A DNA stretch of 64,000 bases, taken from IMG/VR virus record IMGVR_UViG_3300011991_000001; one strand, written 5' to 3'. The notes beneath the pieces were generated by a model. That model was not told where the DNA came from. It saw only the letters and a list, made by a program, of their open reading frames with translations, and made no database searches. A program made the position numbers and the translations under genes. This stretch comes from an uncultured virus (IMG/VR IMGVR_UViG_3300011991_000001). Lineage: Duplodnaviria; Heunggongvirae; Uroviricota; Caudoviricetes. The first letter of the stretch is position 1. Each line of letters begins with the position of its first letter. This document shows positions 44,467-55,205 of the stretch, one piece after another.

Positions 44467-44738
44467 TTGTGAATTCCTTCTTTCATTTCTTTAACTACTT
44501 ACTATTATATGCTTATCTGAGCTAGTTGCAATAGATATAATAAAATTATTTTACATTAATGTAATTAGTTTAACCAGATTAATTATAAGATCATAAGCAG
44601 GATTGAAATGGGTTTGTAATGGTGTGAGAGGCGCTGAGGAGGGTTGTGAGGCGTTTAGTGTTTGTAGGCGTATTAATTGTAGGCAAAAGAAAAAGAAGAG
44701 CTACTGAAGCTCTTTAATGGTTTAATTATATATTTAGA

Positions 44739-45008
44739 TTATAGCATTATTTCATATGATAATATTTCTCCATAATTATTTATAGTAGCGTCAAGCCACT
44801 GATTTGAGATATTATCGAATGATTCTATATAATAGATGTCTCCATTTTCGTCCATTACAGAAGAGCTGTAGAGGTTTGTGTTTTGATTGTAGTTAACTGA
44901 TTGAACGTGTAGGATAATAGAATCGGTTGTTTGTGTAGTGTTAGTAGGGATTGTAGAAGGAATTAGGATTGATAAGGATAGAGTTAGGACTGTTAGGAAT
45001 TTAATTAT
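44739..45008 (-). CDS. 89-aa paralogue of 44155-44466 with ATA start (or start-loss pseudogene)
   Basis: Open frame IIKFLTVLTLSLSILIPS...DENGDIYYIES.DNISNQWL; RBS AGAAGG. Confidence 0.55.
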   Translation of the reverse strand: MIKFLTVLTLSLSILIPSTIPTNTTQTTDSIILHVQSVNYNQNTNLYSSSVMDENGDIYYIESFDNISNQWLDATINNYGEILSYEIML

Positions 45009-45931
45009 GTTTGTTGGCCTTCTTTCTTTATTGGATTAATTCAAAGGGAATTAGGAAGGTTTTACCCTTCCTTTACTTCTATATAATAACCGCGATATAT
45101 TCCTTTACCCTCTAATTTTTTAGTACCGCCTTCATTAGTGAATTTTCTTATTACATTATCTTTACATAATGCGTGAATTTGTGTTTTAGTCAATTTTACA
45201 ATTTCAGCATCTCCAATTAAATCCATCTCATCTGTCCATCTGTATAAATTTACAATCTGTTTTAATTCCATTAAAAACAACTCCTTTGTATGTTTTACTT
45301 CTTGTTTATATTATAGCTTATTATATCTCATTTGTATAGCGTTTATAGTCCTATTCTATTGTATTATTTTCTAACACAATTCAAGTGTATTATAGTTCTA
45401 AATTTCGACGCGATAGCTAGAAATTATAGAAGCGTTCCCTTTGAATGAGTATGGAAAGTTGCCCTTATTAAAAGGTATAATATATACTCTTCTTATTTGT
45501 TACTTTCAAAAAGGGCAACTATATTATTTATAATTCGTTTATTTTTAAAAGGTACTTTGCAAGCTCCATTTGTATATCTAAATAATCGTCTTTATGTCTG
45601 AATGAATTAAAATTAGTTTCCTTTTGTTTACCAATGACATGATCATTATATAAAAACTCATCTAATTTATTATCGTATTCTTCTATGTTTTTATTATACA
45701 CATTTTTAGCATTTTTATTAACTATATATATAGATTAATGTATAGTTCATTGTATGCGTATAGATATGTTTATAGTATAGTTGTTTAGTATGTATTAATG
45801 TATTGTATGTTAGTATGATATAGATAGTATTATAGTAGTATGTGTTAGTGTAGTATAATTTTATATGTGATTATGAGTATCATATTGTATGATTAATATT
45901 AACATATGAGTGAGTATGTATATGTATCAAT

Positions 45932-45947
45932 TGTTCCACGTGGAACA
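45932..45947. promoter_or_regulatory. parS: parS (ParB/Spo0J-binding) palindrome
   Basis: Perfect 16-bp TGTTCCACGTGGAACA matching the bacterial chromosomal parS consensus. Confidence 0.85.
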
Positions 45948-47244
45948 TTATTAATTATATATGCGTGATAGAATTTTTAATTCTTTATTATTACTTTATA
46001 TATTATTGTATGTGATTACTATGATCATGTAATGTGATTATTATATTTTATTAATTCTTCTAATATTAACCCCATGTTATACTCTGCGATTTCTAGACCG
46101 AATACTGACCCTTAAAAAATTTTTGAATTTATGATCAAGAATAGCAATTTTTCAGGCAGAATTAGCACCAATTCAAGCAAGCCCCATAAATGCCTTTCTA
46201 AGGCGTTTAAATGATCAAAAGGTATCAATATAACCATCTTTATGCTCTCAGTGTTACACAATGTACCTTTGTAACTGTTTGTGTATTGCAGGAATCAAGC
46301 TATAGGCGGGTTGTAGGGTTTTGCTGTGAGTACAGGTATCATGTCTAAATTCTAATTGATAATGAGAATATTTATTTTTTAGATTTACTTGACAAATACA
46401 ATAAGGAGGGGGTGAGTTTACATCATAATTCGACTCTATTCGACACAATACGCGCACAGTACATCATCTCAGCCACTCAGATTAAAATCGAATATCGAAC
46501 TCAAAAATAAACAAAATCTCATCAATTGTTTCAAATATACAAACAACTTATAAAAATAAACCTATTTTACAATCGCTAACTCTTCGATAAAACTCCCTCA
46601 CAGCAACAACTCCAACCCAATACAATAATAACAAATCATAATAAACATTCTCTCTAATATACAAATAGTCAACCCTTAACTATTAACACCACAATAAACA
46701 ACATCCCTCAAACTCACATCCTACAACCATTACAACCCACATAATAAACAATAATATCTCCTACCAATAATAAAAATCATAAACAAAATCAATTTCTATC
46801 GAAACAATATCTTCAAACAATAAAACTAAACCAATCCCCTCTAGATCATAAACAAAACACAACCATAATAACTCTCAAGCCATTACCTCATGCTACTTAC
46901 ACCCAATACCAACCATCAAACAAAACTTCCTTCTACTATAAGGGGAGTATAAATACATCAAACATCGAATCAATTTTCCCACTCATATAAACCTCTAAAA
47001 TTATGAGAATAAATATTTTTACAAATAATATATAATTAAACTTGCATTAAATATTAAAATATGATATACTTGTAGTGGATATAAATATGTAAAAATAATA
47101 TTCAGATTGGAGGAAATATATTATGGATTAGAAAATAAAAATAATATATAATAAAATTAAATAATAAGAATCGCAATTCGTTTATTTAATTTTCCGTTCC
47201 CCTTAAACCTAAAACAAATCATAATAATTTAGGAGGCTACAAAC

Positions 47245-47424
47245 ATGAACTTACCTAATCAGTATTTCTTTTGCTACAGTATAAACTTATTCAGAGAAAT
47301 GAAAAACAATAATATGAGATATATATCTAAAGGGACTAATCCGTCAACATCTCGCGATTTTTGGGTCTTTGAAAGGACAGACAAACTAAAATCAATATTA
47401 GATAATTGGGCTAGAACAAAATGA
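47245..47424 (+). CDS. 59-aa small phage protein (DUF5659-like; absent from ORF track)
   Basis: RBS AGGAGG; MNLPNQYFFCYS...FWVFERTDKL. Confidence 0.65.
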   Translation: MNLPNQYFFCYSINLFREMKNNNMRYISKGTNPSTSRDFWVFERTDKLKSILDNWARTK

Positions 47425-47441
47425 ATTGAGGGATAATTTAA

Positions 47442-48050
47442 ATGAGGAGATTTTCAATCAGTACAGATGTAATTAGAAACCCATTAGTATCACACCATGC
47501 TATATATTTGTACATAACACTAAAAGAAATGATGGATTACAGAACATATAGAGTTGATGCATATTCATCAAACATATTAAAGAATGCAAACTGGAGTGAT
47601 AGAAGAACTTTAAAAAAGTATTTATCTGAGCTTAAGCAAATAGAACTTATTACATATGAGTTTGTAAACTTCCCAATAAACAAACCACTATTGATTACTA
47701 TAAACCCAATACCAGATGATGCACAATTTACTCAAGTAGATGAAATTACAATCAAAAAGATAAATGATGTAACTTGGGATCATCTAATTATGACAAATAT
47801 TGATATGAAGGAAATGGCAATTAGATTATTCTACCTATATGAATCTTATTACAATAGTTATTATGAAATAGCTTTCCCATCTTTCAGAGTAATAAATTCA
47901 GATACAAGAATTAGTAACATATATATAAAGTTATTAAATGAGTTGTTTAACAAAAACAAATTAGTGATTGTAAAATATGGCTCACAAGTTGAATGGAACA
48001 AAAAAGGAAACAATACATATATCCCAATTTGTGATAGAAAAACTAAGTAA
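47442..48050 (+). CDS. putative replication initiator / winged-HTH DNA-binding protein
   Basis: IYLYITL...RTLKKYLSELKQIELI wHTH-like, second AFPS motif; followed by iterons. Confidence 0.55.
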   Translation: MRRFSISTDVIRNPLVSHHAIYLYITLKEMMDYRTYRVDAYSSNILKNANWSDRRTLKKYLSELKQIELITYEFVNFPINKPLLITINPIPDDAQFTQVDEITIKKINDVTWDHLIMTNIDMKEMAIRLFYLYESYYNSYYEIAFPSFRVINSDTRISNIYIKLLNELFNKNKLVIVKYGSQVEWNKKGNNTYIPICDRKTK

Positions 48051-48085
48051 TAAAACTAAAGAAAGAGAATTATTTTTTGCAGGAA

Positions 48086-48262
48086 TTAAATCTAATACTT
48101 AAATCTAATATTATAAGTCTAATATATATATCTATTACTATATACACTTCAATCCATGCACGAGAGTATGCATAGATTACAACACTACTGTGCATAGATT
48201 ACTACAGGTCATGCATAGATTGAAACACTACCAGGCATANNNNNNNNNNGATTACAACAGTA
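48086..48262 (+). repeat. iteron-like repeats (putative origin) spanning an assembly gap
   Basis: TAARTCTAATA x3; TGCATAGATT at 48169, 48191, 48212 and partial 48234 (21-22 bp period); inverted copy 48148-48160; N gap 48240-48249. Confidence 0.7.
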
Positions 48263-48705
48263 CAGTAATATGTAGTAAATAAGAGTATATGAGATGTAAT
48301 TTAATCTAAAGTATGGTGCAAGGTTTCTCAATAGCTAATATAGGTAAATATAAGATAATTTAAGGAGGTGAAAAAACAATGAATTTTAATAATGGAAGTG
48401 ATGATCAGAGCACTTTTAGAGTTGAATGTTTAATATGTCACTGTACAGAATGTACGATAAAACCTGATGGTGATTTTTGTTCTACTATTACTTGTTTAGC
48501 TTGTGGCAATTCAGAACCTTATTAATTCTATTACATATATATAATTTTCCTTGTGTTTATAATAAAACTGTGGTATACTTCATACATAGGGAGTCGGGGA
48601 TACATAAACATCAATTAATTAATCCTCCACTACCTAATCCTACTTGCAGAAAAGAGGTGAACAGATATTAATAGATTTATTGGGAAATATACAGTCTTCT
48701 CTTGC

Positions 48706-49065
48706 TTGAACTCAGACAACACTGTCAGTAAGAATTTAGATGATACATTCCTAAAAGGACATCATTCATCAGAAATATATTTCCATAACTCAACCACAGT
48801 AGCAATTTACCTGCCTAATGCCACAACAGTAAATTCTCTTATGAAAAAGTTTGAAGATGCTGGCATTACAGTAACCCAATACATAATGTGTGATGAAGCT
48901 GTCCTTCATTTCAATATCACTGATATAGACAGAGTACATAAGATACTTCGTTTTCAAATCAAAGGAAAGAATGAACAGCTCAAACAACAAAAGGAGAAAA
49001 TCAAATCTGACAAATTAAAACTCAAACTTAAAGAAGAAAAGAAATCTAAAACAACTAATAAATAA
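48706..49065 (+). CDS. hypothetical protein
   Basis: ORF track; Lys-rich tail. Confidence 0.5.
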   Translation: MNSDNTVSKNLDDTFLKGHHSSEIYFHNSTTVAIYLPNATTVNSLMKKFEDAGITVTQYIMCDEAVLHFNITDIDRVHKILRFQIKGKNEQLKQQKEKIKSDKLKLKLKEEKKSKTTNK

Positions 49066-49338
49066 TATATAGAAGATACATAAATCACAAATTAAACACT
49101 CTAGAATCGTTCAGAATTTCAGCATGGTAAGATTATGAGGGGTACAGTATTTGCTATTAAACTAGGTACGTTTTGATGGCACAAAATTAATTGTGGATAA
49201 TCGCTGTATCCCTTGTGGGAGTAAGGCTGAGAGCATGTTTTAAATTGTAGTTTCAAAAGTCCTTAAATAGGGCACTCAAGGTAAGCATTTACATCGTAAT
49301 TGTAAAAAATAAATAAATATAAGAAAGAGGTAAAATAA

Positions 49339-49713
49339 ATGGCAGAGTTAAAATGTTTCATGGGTACATTAACATTATCAGATAATAATATGAATCGTAT
49401 GGATTATGGGGTAGTCGATTTAATAGACGGAGAATTTCACAGTATAACTGATGAGTTAGAGAGAATACATAATTCAAGTTTAAATCTAGTTCGTGTAGCT
49501 GTAAGAATCTTTAACAGCAATCATGTAATTAATAGAATGGGTGCATTAAGAATTGGCTTAGATAAGTATGGAGTTAAATCATGGTTTATTAATTCTTATC
49601 CATTAGATCAAGAATTAGATGAATTGAGCATAAATGGTTCTGTCGATATTGAGATATTTATTGAAGACTTCATTGTAACTTCGGTTTCGGAGGTAGAGGC
49701 ATATGTTTCATAA
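49339..49713 (+). CDS. hypothetical protein
   Basis: RBS GAGGT; 124 aa. Confidence 0.65.
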   Translation: MAELKCFMGTLTLSDNNMNRMDYGVVDLIDGEFHSITDELERIHNSSLNLVRVAVRIFNSNHVINRMGALRIGLDKYGVKSWFINSYPLDQELDELSINGSVDIEIFIEDFIVTSVSEVEAYVS

Positions 49714-50198
49714 TAATACGGAATCTTTTATTTCAGAAAATTGTAGTTTGTGCCAAGTAGAATTAATACATACAGAAGATATTCTAATTGATATTGAATC
49801 GGACGCTGTTCTTTGCCTTGAGTGCGCCCAGTACCACCACATTAAAACTTCTAAATGTAAGGAGTGCTTATAAATGTTTATAGGAATGGGATTTAGTTCA
49901 TTAGTTGAGACAATTATGCTTGTGGGTGCATTAAGTTTTGGTTTAGGAATTTATTTTGGGTATTCAATACATAAAGGAGGAAATTAATTATGACTAAATA
50001 TAAAGAAGATTGTGATGGAACATGTGAATATTGTGAGGATACAATTTGCTATAATGACAATTGCAGAGAATGGGATATAGAAGATCATTTTGGCAAAACA
50101 AAATCAGAATGGGATGAAGAAATAGAATTTAGAAATAACCTAGACCCAGATGATCCTGCTGATGCATGGTTCTTTGAAGATTAGAAAAATAAAGGAGA

Positions 50199-52850
50199 TT
50201 GATTACTATTAGTCTGAACAAACAAATTCATATTTATAGTGTAGATACTAGTAGCTTTTATAATAGCAATGAAATGGTCATACATAATCGTTTGAATAAG
50301 AATTATATGTTCAGAAATAAGTTACAAAAGAAAATAGACAAGGGAAAAATAAGTGAAATAAATAGAGAAATGTTAGTAAAATTCCTCCATAATACCAATA
50401 AAAGACTTAAAATCTATAAGAAAATGCTATATAAAGAGTTTAATTTACATAGTGGAATTAGAAGTCTTAGAGAAGAGTCTTTAAACAAACGTAATATAAT
50501 ATCTGTATTTGATTCAGTTCTAACAAGGACAATTAACATTGAAGAAAATACATTGTCTACAGATATTATAATTGTTCAAACATATTTCTTTGATGTGATA
50601 GAAGATATTATTCTGGACAACTTTATGTCAGGTGATGAAAAATATGTTTGCTTGACTGCCAGTGCTGGTCAGATAAGAACAAAGAAAACAGTTTTTATTA
50701 AGGAAAGTATTTTACTAAAACATAAGAATACATTAATGTGTGGCTTAACTATAGAAGATATTAATCTACTAGGTGGGGTAAATATTAATAAGTACCTTGC
50801 ATACCTAGCACTTGCAAATTCTGCGACTGATAATTGGGACGGATTCAATATTATGAAATCTATAGTTGTAGAAGATATGGAAACTGATGTTGAAGGAATA
50901 GTAGATTTTATAGATGATGAAACATATGATATTATCAGACAAAAAATGAAGATCCCTATTTCTCATACTGATGGTTGTGGCATGATGCTACCGAATTTAA
51001 GCGATAAAAGCATGATGGTGAGATTACCTTGGATCAAAGGCTTACTAGTTCCATTTGCGTTTAATAAGTTTATTATAGAAGCAAACAATAACGGTGAAGG
51101 AAAGATATATGGAAATGTAGTAGATATCTATGGGAAGAGCCATAATATTTTAGAAGAAGGAATACAAGTAATTTTCACTCGTAGCCAGTTCAAGATGTAT
51201 AAGTATTTCCAGAATAATTCTGATACAAACAAGTCAGGGTGGGAAATGTATCAAGATAATTACATAAAATATAAGTGCCAAGCTGGAAAGTGTAATGAAG
51301 AGGAAGAAGATTTCAGTGATGCAAAAATAAACTATCAAATGCTTCAGACATTAACTGATATGGATAATAAAGAATTAGAAACTATTGCAAAAACAACAAA
51401 ACATAATATCTTGAACATTGGTAGAGATAGAAAAACCATGCTGAAAGTATTAGGAGTAAAGAAGTCTAACAAGAATAAGAATAATATTCAACAAGCATTG
51501 GAGATTTATCCTGAGTTGTTGAATGATACATATAGTAAGGAAATATTGAAACAAGTTAAAAAAAGTATGGTTAAAGAAGGTAGATCGGCTAAGTTAGACA
51601 TAAATGGAGTATATACTTTTATTATTCCTGACATCTACGCTTTCTGTGAGTATTTGATTCTTGGAGATACAGACCCTAAAGGATTGCTCAATGATGGAGA
51701 TGTATATTGTAACCTATATCCTAATTCTCCTAAACTGGATTGCCTACGCAGCCCACATCTTTACAGGGAACACGCAATCAGAAATAATATTATTGATGAT
51801 GATAAGAAAAAATGGTTTATTACTAATGGGGTATATACTAGTTGTCACGATTTAATATCTAAGATCCTACAATTTGATGTTGATGGAGATAAGTCTTTGG
51901 TAGTTGCTTGCCCTACTCTAATTTCTATAGCGGAGCGTAATATGGAAGGAATAGTTCCCTTATACTATAACATGAGAAAAGCTCCTGCTGAAATTATCAC
52001 TAATAATAGTATCTATAATGGACTAAAGACTGCATATACAGGAGGGAACATAGGAACGGTAAGTAATAACATTACAAAGATATGGAATAGTGGAAATGTA
52101 AACCTTGAAGTAGTTAAATTACTTTGTATGGAAAATAATTTTACAATTGATTATGCTAAGACATTGTATAAACCAGTAAGACCAAAATCTAAGAAGAATA
52201 TGATTACTGATTATACAAAGTTAAAAACTCCACACTTTTTTATCTACGCTAAGGATAAAGAAAAGGATAAAGTTGAGGAAGTTAATAATAGTATAGTAAA
52301 TAGATTGGAGAAAATAATACCTAATACTAAGATAAGTTTTGTTGCAGCGAATTTAGGAAATTTTGATTATAAGATGATGTTAAAGAACAAAAGAATAAAG
52401 CTAGATGAAGAAGTTATTAAAAAGTATAAAGAGATGGACTTGAAGAAGCATTTCATGATGAACTCTACATATGAAGATGATGAACAAAGCAACGTAACTT
52501 ATCTTTATCAAGAAATTGTAAAAAGCATATTAGAAGTTAATGAAGACATATATTATGTAACTGACGTATTGGTTAAATATCTATATGAATTTAAAAAGTC
52601 AAATTTTAAAACTACATTATGGGAATGCTTTGGGAATGTCATTGTTGAGAATTTAAGAAAAAACGTAGAGACTAGTAAAATTTATTGTGAGGTTTGTGGA
52701 GACATAATAGAACAAATAAGCAATAGAAAAAAGTATTGTGAGGGTTGTTTAAAGACGCTCCAAAAGCAACAGGATAGGGAATATCAACGAATGAGATATA
52801 ATTCTCGACTATTAGAGAAACGCTGTAGCCCGCCTGTGGTAAGGGTTTGA
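50199..52850 (+). CDS. yonO: YonO-like single-subunit (two-barrel) phage RNA polymerase
   Basis: SAGQIRTKK, TDGCG, VRLPWIKG, LRSPHL, QFDVDGD catalytic motif, IDYAKT; C-terminal zinc ribbon. Confidence 0.92.
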   Translation: MITISLNKQIHIYSVDTSSFYNSNEMVIHNRLNKNYMFRNKLQKKIDKGKISEINREMLVKFLHNTNKRLKIYKKMLYKEFNLHSGIRSLREESLNKRNIISVFDSVLTRTINIEENTLSTDIIIVQTYFFDVIEDIILDNFMSGDEKYVCLTASAGQIRTKKTVFIKESILLKHKNTLMCGLTIEDINLLGGVNINKYLAYLALANSATDNWDGFNIMKSIVVEDMETDVEGIVDFIDDETYDIIRQKMKIPISHTDGCGMMLPNLSDKSMMVRLPWIKGLLVPFAFNKFIIEANNNGEGKIYGNVVDIYGKSHNILEEGIQVIFTRSQFKMYKYFQNNSDTNKSGWEMYQDNYIKYKCQAGKCNEEEEDFSDAKINYQMLQTLTDMDNKELETIAKTTKHNILNIGRDRKTMLKVLGVKKSNKNKNNIQQALEIYPELLNDTYSKEILKQVKKSMVKEGRSAKLDINGVYTFIIPDIYAFCEYLILGDTDPKGLLNDGDVYCNLYPNSPKLDCLRSPHLYREHAIRNNIIDDDKKKWFITNGVYTSCHDLISKILQFDVDGDKSLVVACPTLISIAERNMEGIVPLYYNMRKAPAEIITNNSIYNGLKTAYTGGNIGTVSNNITKIWNSGNVNLEVVKLLCMENNFTIDYAKTLYKPVRPKSKKNMITDYTKLKTPHFFIYAKDKEKDKVEEVNNSIVNRLEKIIPNTKISFVAANLGNFDYKMMLKNKRIKLDEEVIKKYKEMDLKKHFMMNSTYEDDEQSNVTYLYQEIVKSILEVNEDIYYVTDVLVKYLYEFKKSNFKTTLWECFGNVIVENLRKNVETSKIYCEVCGDIIEQISNRKKYCEGCLKTLQKQQDREYQRMRYNSRLLEKRCSPPVVRV

Positions 52851-53098
52851 GATTATTGTGTATTGCTATAAATCCTACACTCTTACTCCCGCAACGGTCT
52901 TAGGATTTGCTTATAATAGTCTCTAAGGGAAACATAGCCTAATTTACAAAATAAAGAGATATGTATGACCCTTATGAAGAAGGGTACGATTGAAAAAATT
53001 GTGCCCTTAGTAACTTATTAAATTGTGTGGTCGATCACAATTTAACTATATAAAGTATTTATCAAAAAAATAACCCTAAAAGGAGTATCTGATATATT

Positions 53099-53329
53099 TT
53101 GAAACCTATTAGTAAAGAAGAAATGGACTTCATGATCGAGAAAAAAATCTTAAAGCAATCTAAAGGGCAATTTAGAGATCAATTAGTAGTAGTTAATAAA
53201 CAAGGTTCTGGTAGAGAAAAAAACAGGTTCGTTACAGATCCTCTATATAGTTTCCTACTCAGACTAAAATCGCAAGAAAAAATTAATCCTGAACAAGTAA
53301 AACATAACCAGAAGTACCTAGTCATGTAG
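53099..53329 (+). CDS. hypothetical protein
   Basis: RBS AAGGAG; TTG start. Confidence 0.6.
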   Translation: MKPISKEEMDFMIEKKILKQSKGQFRDQLVVVNKQGSGREKNRFVTDPLYSFLLRLKSQEKINPEQVKHNQKYLVM

Positions 53330-53368
53330 CACGGTAGCAAAAATAAAGAGTAGAGGAATGATTCTATT

Positions 53369-54583
53369 TTGCCAACTAAAGTATTTGTAGACACGAATAT
53401 TTTGTTGAATCAAAACTTTAAGTTTGAAGATTATGAAAAGGTTTTTATCAGTATTATAAGCTTAGAAGAAATTGACGGGCTTAAAAAGAGTCTAGAAGTA
53501 GGATATAAAGCAAGATCAGCAACTAAAAGAATTAAAAGTGCTACTAATGTAGTTATAAAAATAGATTATGATTTTTCATTTGAAAACAGATTCCTTGAAC
53601 ATAAGGCAGACAACTACATTTTAGGTTTCGGATGGCAGGTACATACAGAAGATAGTGAAGTAGTGTTTTTAACAGATGACTATAATCTATATATCAAAGC
53701 ATATGCCATTGGACTTGATTGTGACTTGTTCCAATATAAAGAGATGGATGAGAATACATACAAAGGGTATAAAGAAGTAACTTTGGGTGATTTTGAATTA
53801 GCGTCTTTTTATGAAACTCCCATTAATAAATTCGATTTACTTACTAATGAATACTTAATCATTAGAGACAAAAGTGGTCAAATTGTTGATAAACAAAGAT
53901 GGGATGGTAAAAAGTTCTCTCCTTTAACTATTGGTAAAAAGGATAAGCTTGATTTTACATATACTGAAAAAATCAAACCAAGAAATGTTCAACAAGAAAT
54001 AGCATTTGATTTATTTCAAAACAGAGATATTAATATAAAAATAATCTTTGGTAAACATGGTTCTGGTAAAGACTTGATTATGGCTACTCATGCACTATCT
54101 ATGATTAAGCAAGGTGTTTATGACAAGTTAATATTTGTGAGAAATAACTACGAGGTAGCAGGAAGTAACCCAATTGGTTTCTTACCTGGATCTCAGGATG
54201 ATAAACTCTTGCCTTATGTAATGCCTCTAGCAGACCATGTAGGGGGCGTAGATGGATTAGTTAAGTTAATTGATGATGGCGTAGTTGTATTACAGCATTT
54301 AGGATTTATACGTGGCAGAAATATTTCAAAATCCTTAATTTATGTCACGGAAGCAGAAAATATGACTAAGGAACACATACAATTGCTCATTAGTAGATTA
54401 GCTGAAGGTAGTGCATTATGGTTAAATGGGGATTTTAAACAAATTGATGATAGTTTGTTTGAAAGGAATAATGGGTTAAAGCAAACAATTAGTAAACTTA
54501 AAGGACAACAATTATTTGGTTGTGTTGAATTAAATATTACTGAGCGTAGTATAACAGCACGATTAGCAGATTTGTTAGATTAA
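53369..54583 (+). CDS. phoH: PIN-PhoH (PhoH2-like) protein
   Basis: PIN FVDTNIL..LEEID..ADN..LTDD; Walker A GKHGSGK; GFLPG, RGR, EAEN, GDFKQ. Confidence 0.92.
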   Translation: MPTKVFVDTNILLNQNFKFEDYEKVFISIISLEEIDGLKKSLEVGYKARSATKRIKSATNVVIKIDYDFSFENRFLEHKADNYILGFGWQVHTEDSEVVFLTDDYNLYIKAYAIGLDCDLFQYKEMDENTYKGYKEVTLGDFELASFYETPINKFDLLTNEYLIIRDKSGQIVDKQRWDGKKFSPLTIGKKDKLDFTYTEKIKPRNVQQEIAFDLFQNRDINIKIIFGKHGSGKDLIMATHALSMIKQGVYDKLIFVRNNYEVAGSNPIGFLPGSQDDKLLPYVMPLADHVGGVDGLVKLIDDGVVVLQHLGFIRGRNISKSLIYVTEAENMTKEHIQLLISRLAEGSALWLNGDFKQIDDSLFERNNGLKQTISKLKGQQLFGCVELNITERSITARLADLLD

Positions 54584-54611
54584 ATATATTGAATAAAAGG
54601 AGATAAATATA

Positions 54612-54896
54612 TTGAATAAGCAAGAACTCGTGAACGCTGTAGCTTTGAAGTCTGATATTACAAAAAAAGATGCAGAAAGATTCATTGTAGATTTATTTAC
54701 AGTAATTACAGATACAGTTGCTAGTGGAGAAAAAGTACAGTTGGTTGGTACAGGTACTTTTGAAAAGAAGGCAACCAAAGGAACATCTGGCACAATTCAA
54801 TTCGGTGATCGTAAAGGCGAAACATGGACTACGGAAGATTCTTTCAAACCATATTTTAATCCTGGTAAGGCATTTTCTGATAAAGTTAAGGCATAA
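54612..54896 (+). CDS. hup: HU-family DNA-binding protein (YonN-like)
   Basis: MNKQELV..VA....ITKK.A; GEKVQLVG.GTF; F.PGK. Confidence 0.92.
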   Translation: MNKQELVNAVALKSDITKKDAERFIVDLFTVITDTVASGEKVQLVGTGTFEKKATKGTSGTIQFGDRKGETWTTEDSFKPYFNPGKAFSDKVKA

Positions 54897-55007
54897 GAGA
54901 GGTATATGTGGAACAATCCCACATTACACCATTACCATATAGAAACATGAATACTAAATTGTATTTGTGTAACAAGTAAAATAGAATAATAAGGTGGAAT
55001 ATAATAA

Positions 55008-55205
55008 ATGTCAGTAAAAACTGAGAAATTAGAAAGTGTTAAATTTAGTGCTAAGGGTATTTTGAATTCAATTAGCGAAGAAGGTTTTCATATTGAAGAT
55101 GAGAAAACTGGAGATATTGAAGTTTTAACACTAGAAGATATTAGAACTCTTGTTGGCAAATCAGTAACTATTGCGTTCGCTAACAAAGAAGAAGTAGACG
55201 ATTAA
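55008..55205 (+). CDS. YonK-like small protein
   Basis: SVKFSAKGIL...IEDEKTG; position after HU as in SPbeta. Confidence 0.6.
   Translation: MSVKTEKLESVKFSAKGILNSISEEGFHIEDEKTGDIEVLTLEDIRTLVGKSVTIAFANKEEVDD

Noticed and set aside
48169..48262. CRISPR array
   Set aside because: Repeat core ~10 bp with 11-12-bp spacers is too short; no cas genes; fits iterons better
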